A stretch of 64,000 nt of DNA from contig OZ237754.1 of NCBI GenBank assembly GCA_965178125.1, positions 1 to 64,000 on the forward strand. The letters run 5' to 3'. This document shows, in pieces, positions 1 through 12,503 of this stretch. Position 1 is the first letter of the stretch. Each line of letters opens with the position of its first letter. The translations under genes and the position numbers were made by a program. The stretch comes from Bilabrum cf. latius (Eukaryota). The notes under the pieces are model-generated. The model was not told the DNA's origin and made no database searches. It was given only the letters and a program-made list of their open reading frames with translations.

Positions 1-613
1 ACCCTAACCCTAACCCTAACCCTAACCCTAACCCTAACCCTAACCCTAACCCTAACCCTAACCCTAACCCTAACCCTAACCCTAACCCTAACCCTAACCC
101 TAACCCTAACCCTAACCCTAACCCTAACCCTAACCCTAACCCTAACCCTAACCCTAACCCTAACCCTAACCCTAACCCTAACCCTAACCCTAACCCTAAC
201 CCTAACCCTAACCCTAACCCTAACCCTAACCCTAACCCTAACCCTAACCCTAACCCTAACCCTAACCCTAACCCTAACCCTAACCCTAACCCTAACCCTA
301 ACCCTAACCCTAACCCTAACCCTAACCCTAACCCTAACCCTAACCCTAACCCTAACCCTAACCCTAACCCTAACCCTAACCCTAACCCTAACCCTAACCC
401 TAACCCTAACCCTAACCCTAACCCTAACCCTAACCCTAACCCTAACCCTAACCCTAACCCTAACCCTAACCCTAACCCTAACCCTAACCCTAACCCTAAC
501 CCTAACCCTAACCCTAACCCTAACCCTAACCCTAACCCTAACCCTAACCCTAACCCTAACCCTAACCCTAACCCTAACCCTAACCCTAACCCTACCCCCC
601 CCCTAACCCCTAA
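1..613. repeat. Telomere, (CCCTAA)n / (TTAGGG)n
   Basis: Perfect CCCTAA array from base 1 to ~594, then degenerate units (cctaccccccccctaacccctaa). The C-rich strand at the 5' end marks a left chromosome end. Confidence 0.99.
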
Positions 614-1293
614 AGCATGTATTGGCAGATTTAAATGCAATATTGCAGTCCCCGGCAGTTAAGCTACATTTTACATCCACATTCACATGTTTGAGCTTGC
701 ATTTGACTTCAATTTCTTCGTATCTGCTTACCAGGGGCTGGTTCTGTTGAAGTCTGGCTAGCGCCCAACTCGCAGACCAAAATTTCATAGACAGCATTTC
801 TCGACGTTGGTGTAGAACTGGCCGGACGCTAATTTATATTTTATTATTATATCAATAAATAATGTATTGGTTGTATTATTATTACAATTACATATCCATG
901 GAGTAAGAATATGAGCTTCCAAAAAACCGTGTCGCGGTCAGAGCAAAATTATTGAGGCCCCATGTAATTCATCAATGAAGCCACCTAGCGAATTCACAGC
1001 CGGCTATTACGTAGTTAATGAAGTTGATTTACTATTTCAACTATCAAAAGTAAAATTGGCATTCGTTATGCCTTTGAATTTTGACACGATTCGGAGGGGT
1101 ACCAACCGATGAAATCCCGGAACTGCCGAAAGTTGGGTTTTCGCCGGGTCGGGTATGTGGTGTGTGAGAGATGCCATCCTGGCGCTGGATGAGTCGAAGC
1201 TGCCCATCGTTTTACTGACCGCGCTTGACAGCAGGCTAGCACCTGGCCCATCAGCCAGGAGCTCCAGCTCACCAGGTTAGCTTAACCTAAAAA

Positions 1294-1965
1294 AGTTGGG
1301 AAGTGAGATGGAAGTGCGGCGGATGGATGCGATAGGGCATGGTTGCCATAGTTGGAAAGTGAGATGGAAGTGCGGCGGATGGATGCGATAGGGCATGGTT
1401 GCCAAAGTTGGGAAGTGAGATGGAAGTGCGGCGGATGGATGCGATAGGGCTTGGTTGCCATAGTTGGGAAGTGAGATGGAAGTGCGGCGGATGGATGCGA
1501 TTGGGCATGGTTGCCAAAGTTGGGAAGTGAGATGGAAGTGCGGCGGATGGATGCGATTGGGCATGGTTGCCATAGTTGGAAAGTGAGATGGAAGTGCGGC
1601 GGATGGATGCGATAGGGCATGGTTGCCATAGTTGGGAAGTGAGATGGAAGTGCGGCGGATGGATGCGATTGGGCATGGTTGCCATAGTTGGAAAGTGAGA
1701 TGGAAGTGCGGCGGATGGATGCGATAGGGCATGGTTGCCAAAGTTGGGAAGTGAGATGGAAGTGCGGCGGATGGATGCGATAGGGCATGGTTGCCAAAGT
1801 TGGGAAGTGAGATGGAAGTGCGGCGGATGGATGCGATTGGGCATGGTTGCCATAGTTGGAAAGTGAGATGGAAGTGCGGCGGATGGATGCGATTGGGCAT
1901 GGTTGCCAAAGTTGGAAAGTGAGATGGAAGTGCGGCGGATGGATGCGATAGGGCATGGTTGCCAT
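1294..1965. repeat. Subtelomeric minisatellite, 12 x 56 bp
   Basis: Unit AGTTGG(G/A)AAGTGAGATGGAAGTGCGGCGGATGGATGCGAT(A/T)GGGCATGGTTGCCA(T/A). The span of 672 bp is exactly 12 units. Confidence 0.97.
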
Positions 1966-2036
1966 GGCTGAAAAGTGCAAACAAAGTAGCTGCAAATAGA
2001 ATGTCATTTCAATTGTAGCAAGACAAAATGTCTGCA

Positions 2037-5000
2037 TCAAATGCTGCCTTGCTTGCGCGGCGGCTTCACATCGCGTCGCATCGACTGGATTTCCTGGGTT
2101 CTCTCCAGTGTTGAATCTGACCAAAGGAACCAGCAAACCGCAGCTACAAGAAGACTGATCAAACCAAGAGATATCAAGCCGGCACCCCCGAGTCGAGTGC
2201 CATGAATGTAGGAGGGGGCCTGGTAGTCGTCTTGTTCGCAATCATTTGTTCCACCATCCCCACCACAATCTTCAATATATCGAGCTATCTCGCCACCACC
2301 AATACCAAGCATACCAACAACTACGAGAACGACCCCTACAAGAGCTAGCCAAAGTGGACACGAGCTGTCGCCACCACGATCTGTTTCCTCAAGGCTTGAG
2401 TCGTAGACCTGCTTCATATTGTCATTGAATTGATGCGCCTGGTTCAAATGACTACGAGACGGCGTCGCCTGAATCTTGTCTACCTGTGCTGCCAATGCGC
2501 GAGATGCACTGTCAGATGCATCACCCACAATAGCAAATGATTCATGCGCAAGACCAAATGCCGTGACGACAACCCCGGCTGCAAGAGAAGTCGTGCCGGC
2601 TAAATCAGTGCTGACTGCAGCCAAAGAGCTTGTTGCGCCACCCTCACCCTAGCCTTTCCCGAGATCTGGTCCAACCTGTACATGCTATGGGCCGCACATG
2701 GACTACACTTCGATGGAGCCACTGCGACCCCTTCCGTGCTGCTAAGTGACTGCCCGCACGACCTGTGGGATGCTGAGTATCGATGTACGACACATACCTC
2801 CACTCTGCCCGTCGCCTTCTGTGATTTTCAGTTGAGAAACTTGGTGTATAGACCCATCTGGAAGTTGGGTAACCACAATCTCTGCATCACGGTCCCACAG
2901 AAACCCATCAAGCTCGAAAGTGGCTACCAGCTCGCCAGATGAATCAGTAAGCAAAACGCCAGGTGGCTTGTTCAGGACGTCGGGCGATTCAGCAATACTG
3001 GAGGGTACAAGCTGAATTGTACCAAGTGGAACAGCTTCCAAGCCTGGTACGCTGACAGAAACGCTCAAGCTCGCTTGCGCTCGCCAGAGGTCCAATCCAG
3101 ACATGCTAGCCGGCTTGGGAGCCCTGTACTTCAACGTCAGTGCCTGGTGCACGAATCTATTGGTACTTGCGGAACCGCGCGAGTTCAAGGTTTGCGAGGA
3201 CCGGGAATGGAAGGGCTTCAGTATTGCAGAAGCTGTTCCAACTGCCTGGAGAGTTGAGACAGGTTTGATCCTGCAGCCCCCTTGCATCGCAAACACAACG
3301 CAGGATCTGTGAAGATCCGAACTCACCGACTCGAGATGTACAGCCAGGCGGGGGTCCTGCTTGCCAGTGGATCCGAATGACAGATCTACGACGAGTGAAG
3401 CTGCCAGGGCCATCTAGTTGCTTGTCCCGCTAGGGCTCTACCACGCCTCCAGCAAGACGTGATCAAAGGCACCCAAAGAGTCGTAGCCCTGGCCAAGGGT
3501 GGGAGTCGAGTCGTTCAGGTTGACCGGACCGCACAGCTCGAATGTTCCCGGCGAGGCGCACCGATCCATCGGCGTCATGATGCACGGACTCCCTGAGTGG
3601 GAATAATCGCCCGCATCAATTGCAGTCGCAACCCATACATAGTTCGCAGGTTCCATTAGCACGTCTGCACCTCGTTCATTGATGCAAATCTTAAGGGATG
3701 CAAGGCAAGCTTGTTCGATCGGATTGAGCTCAGTGGCAACCAACCAGCCGACTGCATCTCGTGTTCCCCCTGCCACTGCAGTCTGAACCTGCACGCACAC
3801 GCCAGTTGCATGGGACAAGGAAGTGCTCTGAGAAAAATCGTTTAACGCCATGTCCAAAGCTGTGGCACTTGGTACATCCGACAGACCTGTAATCCCTGCA
3901 GCACGAAGTGTGGAATGCAAAGCCCCAAGCCTGCTGCTCTTGGCGCTTAGTATTTGACTCATCGCGATACGTGGCTCTCGCAGAGTAGGAACCCAGCCAA
4001 GCTACTGGACCCTGCTAGCATCAGGATGCGACTCAATTGTCGACAAAATCAGGCAAGGTCCTACCAGCATTTTGGTGCCTTGACCCGGAAGCTATGAGAC
4101 CGATTGCAGTCTGCGTACTTCTTGATTGCCAGATCCAGCAGTGCTGGTCAACAGCTTGCGCGTCGCGAGAAATGCGTCAGCTCTGCTCGCCAGAGTATGA
4201 ACAGCGATGTCCTTGGCATCAAAATCAACTCTTGCGGGGATGAATGCCACTGGGTATGGCGAAGATACTCGATCTCGGACACCGAGCTTCCGGCTCTAGC
4301 CAGCTTGTAGTTCTGCGAAAGTCTTTGCTACGCGAATCTGCACCACTACTGAGCGATTGCTTGGGGTAGGAACCGGGCAACTTCTAGCAAGCTGAACCAT
4401 AGCATTGCCTACTCGTGAAATGGTTTGCCTCGCTGCTGCAACGTCGCTCTAGCCACTTCGCGCCAGGTCCCACGCACGCTACGTTGCAGCAACTGCGCTC
4501 ATAGTGACAAGATCCATACGTGACTACGCACCAAGAGCTGTTCTTCCGGCAACTGACATGGGTAAAAGGAATGTTTCTTCCAGTATCCCACTTCTAGTGC
4601 TTGCATGCTCGTCATCATCGGCGCCACTAGAAGGGTCATTCAGTTTTCTGACGAGAGGCCACAACCAATCAGACATATCAGCAATGGCCACCGTGTGCCT
4701 CGAAGTAGCCTACATTGATGACATCCCTCCACTTCTTGCCGGTGAAGGTAGACGCTACTCGATGCCCAACACAGCCCGCATAGCAGTGTGCCTGGCTGCT
4801 GCGCCCGGCCAGGATGGATCTTCACCGAGAATGCTCGTTGACAGGAGTAGCGGCCCAGTAGAGCAGCCATCAATACTTGCATCTGTCATAGGTTGTTCAG
4901 CAAGACGATATGCGCAGCGTCCCAACGAGAAGACGGCATAGGGCTACGCCTGCGATGAGGACGGATCGTACCGGTGCGCTTCCAAGTGCTGCCCAAATGC

Positions 5001-8000
5001 GTCTTTGCCTCGCTGATGTGCCTCAAGCGCAAAGGCATCAAAGCCACCACCAAGCACCCTGACCTGCGCCCAGAACTAGGTTTCGCTTGGGTGGTTACGA
5101 TTTCCAGCAGCAGTCTCAAGGTCATCTGAACTGAAATCTGGGTCAAAGGATGGTTGCATCTCGTTCGAAATGCTGTCGACAGGAAGGCTCCTTGCGCGGT
5201 CATCCAAGAGGCGACCCACGGCCTTAGGCGAAACGTTTAGATCCTTGTCTGAGAGAATGAGGCTAGCAGCCTTTGCAACTACCTCAAATGCCTTAGAGGG
5301 ATCAAGCAGCACGTCGCCAGCAGGAGCCTAGGTGGGGTGGCCAGGCACATTGTCGTTGCCTCCTGTTCCAGCAATCGCTGCTCCATCTTCGGAGCGGGTG
5401 ACACCCGTGAGCCCAGGCTAGGCACCGCTATTATCAGGCAGAACATCAACACTGAGCAGTAGAGATGGGTGACCAACCTCAGAAACTAGATCCTATCGGC
5501 CGTCTTTGGAATGCACGTCGCAATCCGGCACTAGATTCACCCAAGCTGGTGCCCGAAGCCCAAATCGTCGGGTGGTCAAGCTGTGGCTAGATTGTGTTCT
5601 TTGGTCAGGCACAAGGCGAACGAGAGAAGCAGCAGGCAATCGGCGGAAGAATCGTCGCTCCAGAGATGGCCTCTTCAAGCCTCGCGCCCGAGCCCCAGTG
5701 CTTCGGTTACTTTCATCATCAGCAGAGAACCTGGTATACAAGTACACACAAACATCAGGTAGAGCCTCATGTCCGCCGACAACTGTAACCGGCTCGCTGG
5801 TCGCTTCAATTGGTTCTCGCAGCGCTTGAAACGTTTGAGCCGCACTTGAAAGCTCATCTCCAACACGTTGGTCGTGTGCCTAGGTCGAACTGGAAAAATT
5901 GGGGGGTGGGATTGGCTTGCCAGCATCATGATCTTGCCCAGCAAGCATAGGCTGCGTGAAAGCACCTACACTTGAAGTCAAGCTAGCAAGGATGCCATGC
6001 AAGCCAGGCGGGATCCCGCTGACGGCGTGCAATACAATCCGCACCCTCCATGACTGCACGGCTCCGTATACTACTGGACGGAGCGAAGGAGCACTTGGAA
6101 GCAACGGATCAGACATTGTTTCCCACATAGCATGTAGCACTTGGCTCATCGCCTCGGCTGAAGGGATAACAACCTATCTTGCAAGCTATGCACCGTCAGG
6201 ACCTGCTTCATCCAATTGCTGCTCGGCTCTCTTGGTCTTCACCACCGATAGCAGCGCATCATGCTAGGAGAATACGCCAGGTGGTGCACCAAGGCACGCT
6301 GCAACTTGCTATGAAACGTCTGACTCAGCCGATATTGCTCTGGAGGCCGGCTAGCGAGCAACTCGAGACATGACGGTAGCCATGTCTTCCATCGGGCTTT
6401 GCAGACACGATGCCAAGACTGGCAGAATCTATGGTTTATGCAGTTTGCGACTGAAGACCACATGTTCATAGGCGGTGCCGGCTTGGTTTGTGCGTGTTCT
6501 GCCGCTGCGAGCTGCTTGGATGACACACGCCTGGACAAGAGCTACACCTCGCGTGTGAGACCTGACAGAGTAGTCTGTTACAGTATCGACTCCACCATAC
6601 ATGGCCACCCACGTGGGTTTGCACATAGACACGCTAAGATCATAGTCTTGGCTTTCGAAGGCACGCTACGCGTCACTACCGTTTGACTGAAGTAACGGGC
6701 AGATGTCGAGGTGTCCATCACAGATTGGCACTGCGGAGCCGCCGCTTCCGCCCCCCACCCCGAGCGAAATACGAACGGGCTTCCTTGAAGCCTCAGGGTC
6801 GGACTCGTGTATCAGGACTGGGAGAATACAACTGTTGTCTTTGCGCCAGGAGGCACAGATGGGCTTCTACGCCTGGTTAACTCCTCCCTCGTGGTGTCGT
6901 ACCTAGATTCTTCCTAGGTCCCTCGAATCCGAAGCCATGTGTTGCATCCGTTGCTCCTACATGGGCTAGAATCGAGTTTTCCACGCATCACTGAAGGCCT
7001 TTGCAATCGCTTGGGCTCGCAGGGAGCCGCCATATGAGATCGAAGCCGCAATGTGCAGCGGATTCCTGGACTTGCGCGAATCTAGGACGGCAGGCACAGC
7101 TACATGCTCAATTCGCAGCAACCGGAGTTTCACAAACGCAAGTCTCATTCCATTCGATGGCTATGCCACAGTGTCCTACAAAAATCTCTCCAAGAAGGGC
7201 TCATCTACATTGCTCCAGGGTAGCCGAATGGGCCGAGGAATAGCGGCTGACCACCGGTCTGCGGCCATGCCCTGCAGACTTGCAAGGTCTTCGTGTTTCA
7301 CGGAGGACACAGGGATGACTACTGGCCCTGGGATTCCTGACAGCGGCATACTAGGAGCATCATGCCCATGCGAAGCTTGCCCCCTCATTCCAGATGCAGA
7401 TGTCAAACCAGGCGTCGATGCACCACCCTTGACTGCTCGCACACCATGATCCTGGTGGTCTTGCAAAGGCCGCGGCTTCGGCACAACTGCCACTCGAACC
7501 AACGCCATCCACTTAACTATCGGAGAGAGAGTATCATTCGAGTCACTGCAAGCCACCCATGACATGTGAGCGGGTAGTTCTGGCGAGGACAAATCGATTC
7601 GGGCGAGGGAAGCACTCGTTGATTGAGAGGGCGGGTGCAATGGTATCCAGCACTGAGCCGTACACCCCGTGGCGCCATTGGCTACAATCGGGAGATCGAG
7701 CAAGACTGTCGACTTGTGCTCAACGATACCGTCATCGACGCTGACGCTAACAGTGAGTGCTTTCGACATGCAGTGCGGGCCAAGCTGTGCCACACCTCGG
7801 GTGTCGATAGCTAGCAGTGGCCCTCCAGAGGAAGCAAACGCTGCCAGCTATGAGTTTCTGCTAGCTGTCCTCCTGTATGTCGATGTGACATTGCCAGACT
7901 GGGAACGATGCCCGCCTGCCAGTGCCCAATGATCCCGGGACCCAGCCGTAGATGATATCCAGGCGTGATTGCAGATGACTTGACTGCTACTTGAGCTAGT

Positions 8001-11000
8001 GGGTTCTACGCGGACGAGTTCAACGAGTACGTCGGGAGCAAATACACTGGACCTTGCAGCTCGATCTAAAGATCGCGATACCGCGCAGAGACGCAGAACG
8101 TTATGCGCGTCTTGCACCAGCCTCTACACAGCGAGGACAAGCCTTGAAGCTGAGGGGTCAAACCGCACAACTGTAGCTGGCATTGCATGGCCAGCAACAC
8201 CATCCCGTGAATCCTCATCACGGACTGTTGCAGACATCAATCCCAACAGAGCGAGTGGACGCGCTCGCAAAAGTACTTCGGGGTGCTGCATCAGTTCCGC
8301 GATGGCAAGCCTCACCACTAGCGCTAGTGCATGTGCAGACGAAGCTGCTCCAGCGAAATGGCTGTGCCGGCTTGACTACGACTTGGGGGGCTGCGCCCCA
8401 TCTTCGGAGCTGCGTACCCCTCCAGGGGATGCACTGGTCACCGTGCTCGGGACGCTATCGCTACCAGCTCCAGAATGCGCATGGGCGAGTTGATCGTGGT
8501 CAACTGGTGGATCTGGTTGCGAAATCGAGGCCTCTGCCCTTGTGACTCGATCTACTGGCTGTTCCACCGATCTCCAATCAAGAAGCACATCAATTTCACC
8601 TCTATGCTTCTATCCTGGGGTAATACAGTCCTTCTCAAATAACTATAGGGTTGCACGCTCGGTACCCTGCTGCAGCCCCAAGCCTGACTGTGTGGAAAGC
8701 GAAGCTCGCCGAGCGGTGCTACCTGCCTCCTAACCTACATTGCCATGACCAGGTTCGATGTACGGCAAGTAAATGAATGCACTCCCGAGGAAGTTGTTGG
8801 ACATCATGACGTTCTTGTTCTCCAGCGTCACTCTAGCGATTGGGACGCTGGGTCTAGCAAGATGAGCGAGGGGGTCCTGGTGCTGGCCCTTGCCAACATG
8901 AACCAGGGGGCTCGTCGCTCTCTAGTACTTTCGTGACTGCTACCGTGCTAGCAGTGCCGTCTGCAATACATCCATGGGAATTGGGATGTGAAAGACTTCC
9001 GAGCTGGAATCGAAAGTGATTGCATCCGTTGATCCGTCCACCACTGAGGTGGAAGCAATGGACCCCCAAGCAGACACCCCAACCTTGGTCGGCGAGCTCG
9101 GCGAACTGGTCAAACTACCCATGCTGCCGAAGCTACCATTTCCCCGAATTGAGGCAGGTGTTCCGGCAGCTGTTGTCTGCGATTCAATGGCGCTTGCAAT
9201 TTGCGGCAGCACTGCTTGCACACGAGCCATGACGTGGTTCTTTCCGCCTGACCCCTTAATCTCCAGGTCCTGCGCTCTAAGCAAGGTCAGTCGCACTTCA
9301 TTGACTGTACTCCGCAGAAGCATAGGGCTTGCGTTTACGCCCACTTGCTAGCTGCGTTGCGGAAGCGTCGCTGGACCAGCTGCAGCTGGGTCATGCACCC
9401 AACCGAACACCAGGCCTGTACTTGGAGGTGGCATTCTGCGTGGGGACATAGACAGCGGCCTTGCTGTGGAGGCACCTGCACTTCCTTCCTTGGAATCGGA
9501 CGGACCCATCATTGGGCTACCTGCTAATCCGCTGGGTTCATCGACTTTCCCGGAAGCGGTAACCTCTACCCGATCCAGCACCTCGGCCTTGCCGTCCTTC
9601 CTAACAGCAACCCGGATCAGAGGCGCAGGTGGCGGCAGCATCCTACTGGGAATCACAGTCATCATTGCTGGGGCCTCCTCGCAAAAGTCAAACTGACACT
9701 GTAAGTCGCATTGTCCTCGGACTTTACTGCTTGTTTGTGGCAAACCGTCCCGCTCGTTCAGTGCAACGGTAATTCTACGTCTAGTGACACCAACGAAGTC
9801 ACCGGCACGTACTAAAAATGCACCCAAGAAGCGCTGCCTGTACTTTCCGGCATGCCAAATGGTAAACTTCGCGACCGAGTCAGGGTTCTGCAAGGGCAAG
9901 ACGAAAGTTTCATCGCTGAAGTCAGGTGTCAGTGTCTTGGATCTCGGCTTGGTCGAAACCGGCTGCTACTACATTACAGCTTCCCCCCCATCAATTACGT
10001 TGCACTCGACTTTTGGGGTACTGGTGAGCCCTTTGGCCCCTTTTGCCTCAATCCCATGTACCCCGAGGACGGTTGCAACGAACCGATTCGGAGCTGCTTG
10101 CATGCGAAGCTAGGAAGGTGGAGTAGCCTGCGGCTGAGCAGGGGCATCAGCGAGGCCTGCACTCGCGTTGGGGCGTTGGATCTTGTCAGGAACAGCGGGA
10201 GGTTTTTTTCGCGCCGGCAATGACTTAGACGGAGCAGCGTGATCCTCGCCTGCAGTGCCACTCTCCGCATGCCCAGAGCTCTCGCCAATGGTCTCCATCA
10301 GCGGTGTCTTGATGTCCTCGTCTCGTGGATGAAGGCCATCCTTCATCCTGTTCAGCATACCGGGACTAAACGATGACCGTCCAGCTCTACCGCGACCTCT
10401 ACCTCTACCTCTGCCTGCTCCCATTGGAGACATGCCTCGGCCTGACGATGCCGTGCTTGCACGGCGGCCCTGATTTAGTCGCTTCTTTGCCAGTGGGTTG
10501 CCAGAGGAAGACCCAAATCCATTCAGTAAGCTCTCGGTGGCACCATCGCTCGCAGCATCTTTTGACTCTCCTTTGACCTGCGGCAATCCTAGTGACTCAC
10601 CGCCGCCACCCTTGTGAAATGAAACGCTTGCACCTGCACCAGCTGAACCGGCATGCTTAGCAGCTGCTGCGATCATGCCACGTCTACTATGATCCCCAGT
10701 TGCTTTGTCTGAATGCTCATGGATAGATGCGGCAGGTTTATCACTGCCAACCTCAGCCTCAGCCTCAGCATCTGCCGGCGACACAGCAGCGTCGGCATCT
10801 GTTGGCGATCCAGCAGGCTCAGCGCTGCCAGCCTCAGCCTCAGCCTCAGCCTCAGCATCTGCATCTGCCGGCGACACAGCAGCGTCGGCATCTGTTGGCG
10901 ATCCAGCAGGCTCAGCGCTGCCAGCCTCAGCCTCAGCCTCTGTCGGTGACACGGCAGCGTCGGCATCTGTTGGCGATCCAGCAGGCTCAGCGCTGCCAGC

Positions 11001-12270
11001 CTCAGCCTCAGCGTCAGCCTCAGCATCTGCATCTGCCGGCGACACAGCAGCGTCGGCATCTGTTGGCGATCCAGCAGGCTCAGCGCTGCCAGCCTCAGCC
11101 TCAGCATCTGCTGGCGATCCAGCAGCGTCGGCATCTGCTGGCGATCCAGCAGGCTCAGCGCTGCCAGCCTCAGCCTCAGCCTCAGCCTCAGCATCTGCCG
11201 GCGACACACCGGCGTCGGCATCTGCTGGCGATCCAGCAGCCTCAGCATCTGCCGACCTTCCGCCAGATTCACGGTAATCTGACCCGGAAGTGGCGTTACT
11301 ACCGTCGCCCTGGGAAGGCGCCGGGCGGAGCTTGTGCGGGTCCTCACCGGCCCCACTGCTTGGACCGCCCTCAGTCTCTGGTGGTGGCGAAGGGGGCGGG
11401 CTCACGGCGCGCTCGCCGTCTTGGGTAGCCTCGCCCTCGCGCACTTCTGCGGACAACGGTGGATTCTACCGCGTCTACCCATTGACTGTAACGCTTCTCG
11501 TGCTCTCCAGAGGGCTGCCTAATGCCGCGTTCGATGCAGTGGCTGCATGCCCAGCTGCATCCTCCACACTGGCATCAGTTGCGGCCTTCACCGGCTTCTT
11601 GCGCTTTGGTTTTACCGCTTTTCTGGATTTCTTCTTCTTAAGTTTGGAAGGGGGTGCCGAACTGGGCGGCTTCTTCTTAACCGTGCGCCTTGTGGACTCT
11701 GGAGCCAGGTCCCATCCACCTGGTTCAACTTTAGTCGGCCCATCTAGTACGATTGGAACACGTTCCCAAGCCGCCTATAACATGAGCGCCCCCCGCTATT
11801 TCTCAGCAACTCCTCCACCTTTTTCTGTTAGCTGTATCGTCGCCATTTTCCTGTAGGCTTCTGTTCCATCGGCGACTTGGCTGGCGGCTAGCCTCGCCTC
11901 GCCCAAAAATCTAGTTCGAAATACCTACGGCGATACCAACGTGAGAACAAGTTCATGATCAGGTGTCTCGGCTGGAAACCAGAATTCCTCCCCGATGCTT
12001 ATGGCACTCCCAATCTGCGACTCGTTCGGAAGGGTAGTCGATGCAATTTTGCATTCCGATCTGAGACTGTGCGTGGTCCGCACCAAGAATGGGCATACTC
12101 GTGGGATCGAGCAAATATCTTACAGGAATTACGCTTGACTTCAAGGTCTTCAGCTTTTCACCGCTGCGAAATAACTACACCTTTAGCTGTATATCACCTT
12201 TTCTCTCGAGCCCGTTTGCCGCCACCACATGAAGCCTGAACACGTCTTGTCCGCTCCCTGCGCTCGCCAT
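2037..12270 (-). CDS. Giant (~3370 aa) multi-C2-domain protein with C-terminal transmembrane helices (ferlin/MCTP-like architecture)
   Basis: ATG 12270, GT-AG intron 12123-12015, then one frame to TGA at 2037 with ~50 in-frame TAG and no TAA/TGA (traced by hand). C2-like segments include LHVVAANGL, FLGEARL, FTIWHAGKYRQRFLG and LTLLRAQDLEIK. Two hydrophobic helices lie near the C-terminus. Confidence 0.8.
10745..11250 (-). repeat. Coding tandem repeat (acidic Ala-rich SP(A/T)DAD(AE)nAGSAEPAG units) inside the C2 protein
   Basis: Near-identical nucleotide units with a variable number of GCCTCA hexamers, all in frame. Confidence 0.9.
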
Positions 12271-12503
12271 ACCACAAATTCAATGTAGACACTACGGTTG
12301 AGCGAATTGAGGGCTCTGCTCGTTGTTGTGTGCCAAGTGTACCCGTCACAAACGACATTGTGGTGTGCTGTCTTCATCTTGAAAAATGATCCGGTCGCAA
12401 CCTTGACGTGCCTTGACTTGCTGTGGCAGGCTTCCAAGTTGGTGGCCCGTCTGGTGTTAGACCCTCCCAGGCCGTGTCATGCGAGCACCTGCTTGTACAC
12501 AGG

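Noticed and set aside
614-1290. AT-rich subtelomeric segment as a possible virophage/Polinton fragment or RNA gene
   Set aside because: No TIR, ORF motif or tRNA-like fold that I can support.
1294-1965. CRISPR-like array
   Set aside because: Head-to-tail units with no unique spacers, in a eukaryotic telomeric context.
1277-2241. Repetitive ORFs of 188-319 aa over the subtelomeric array
   Set aside because: Artefacts of a stop-free 56-bp tandem repeat that is open in all three minus frames.
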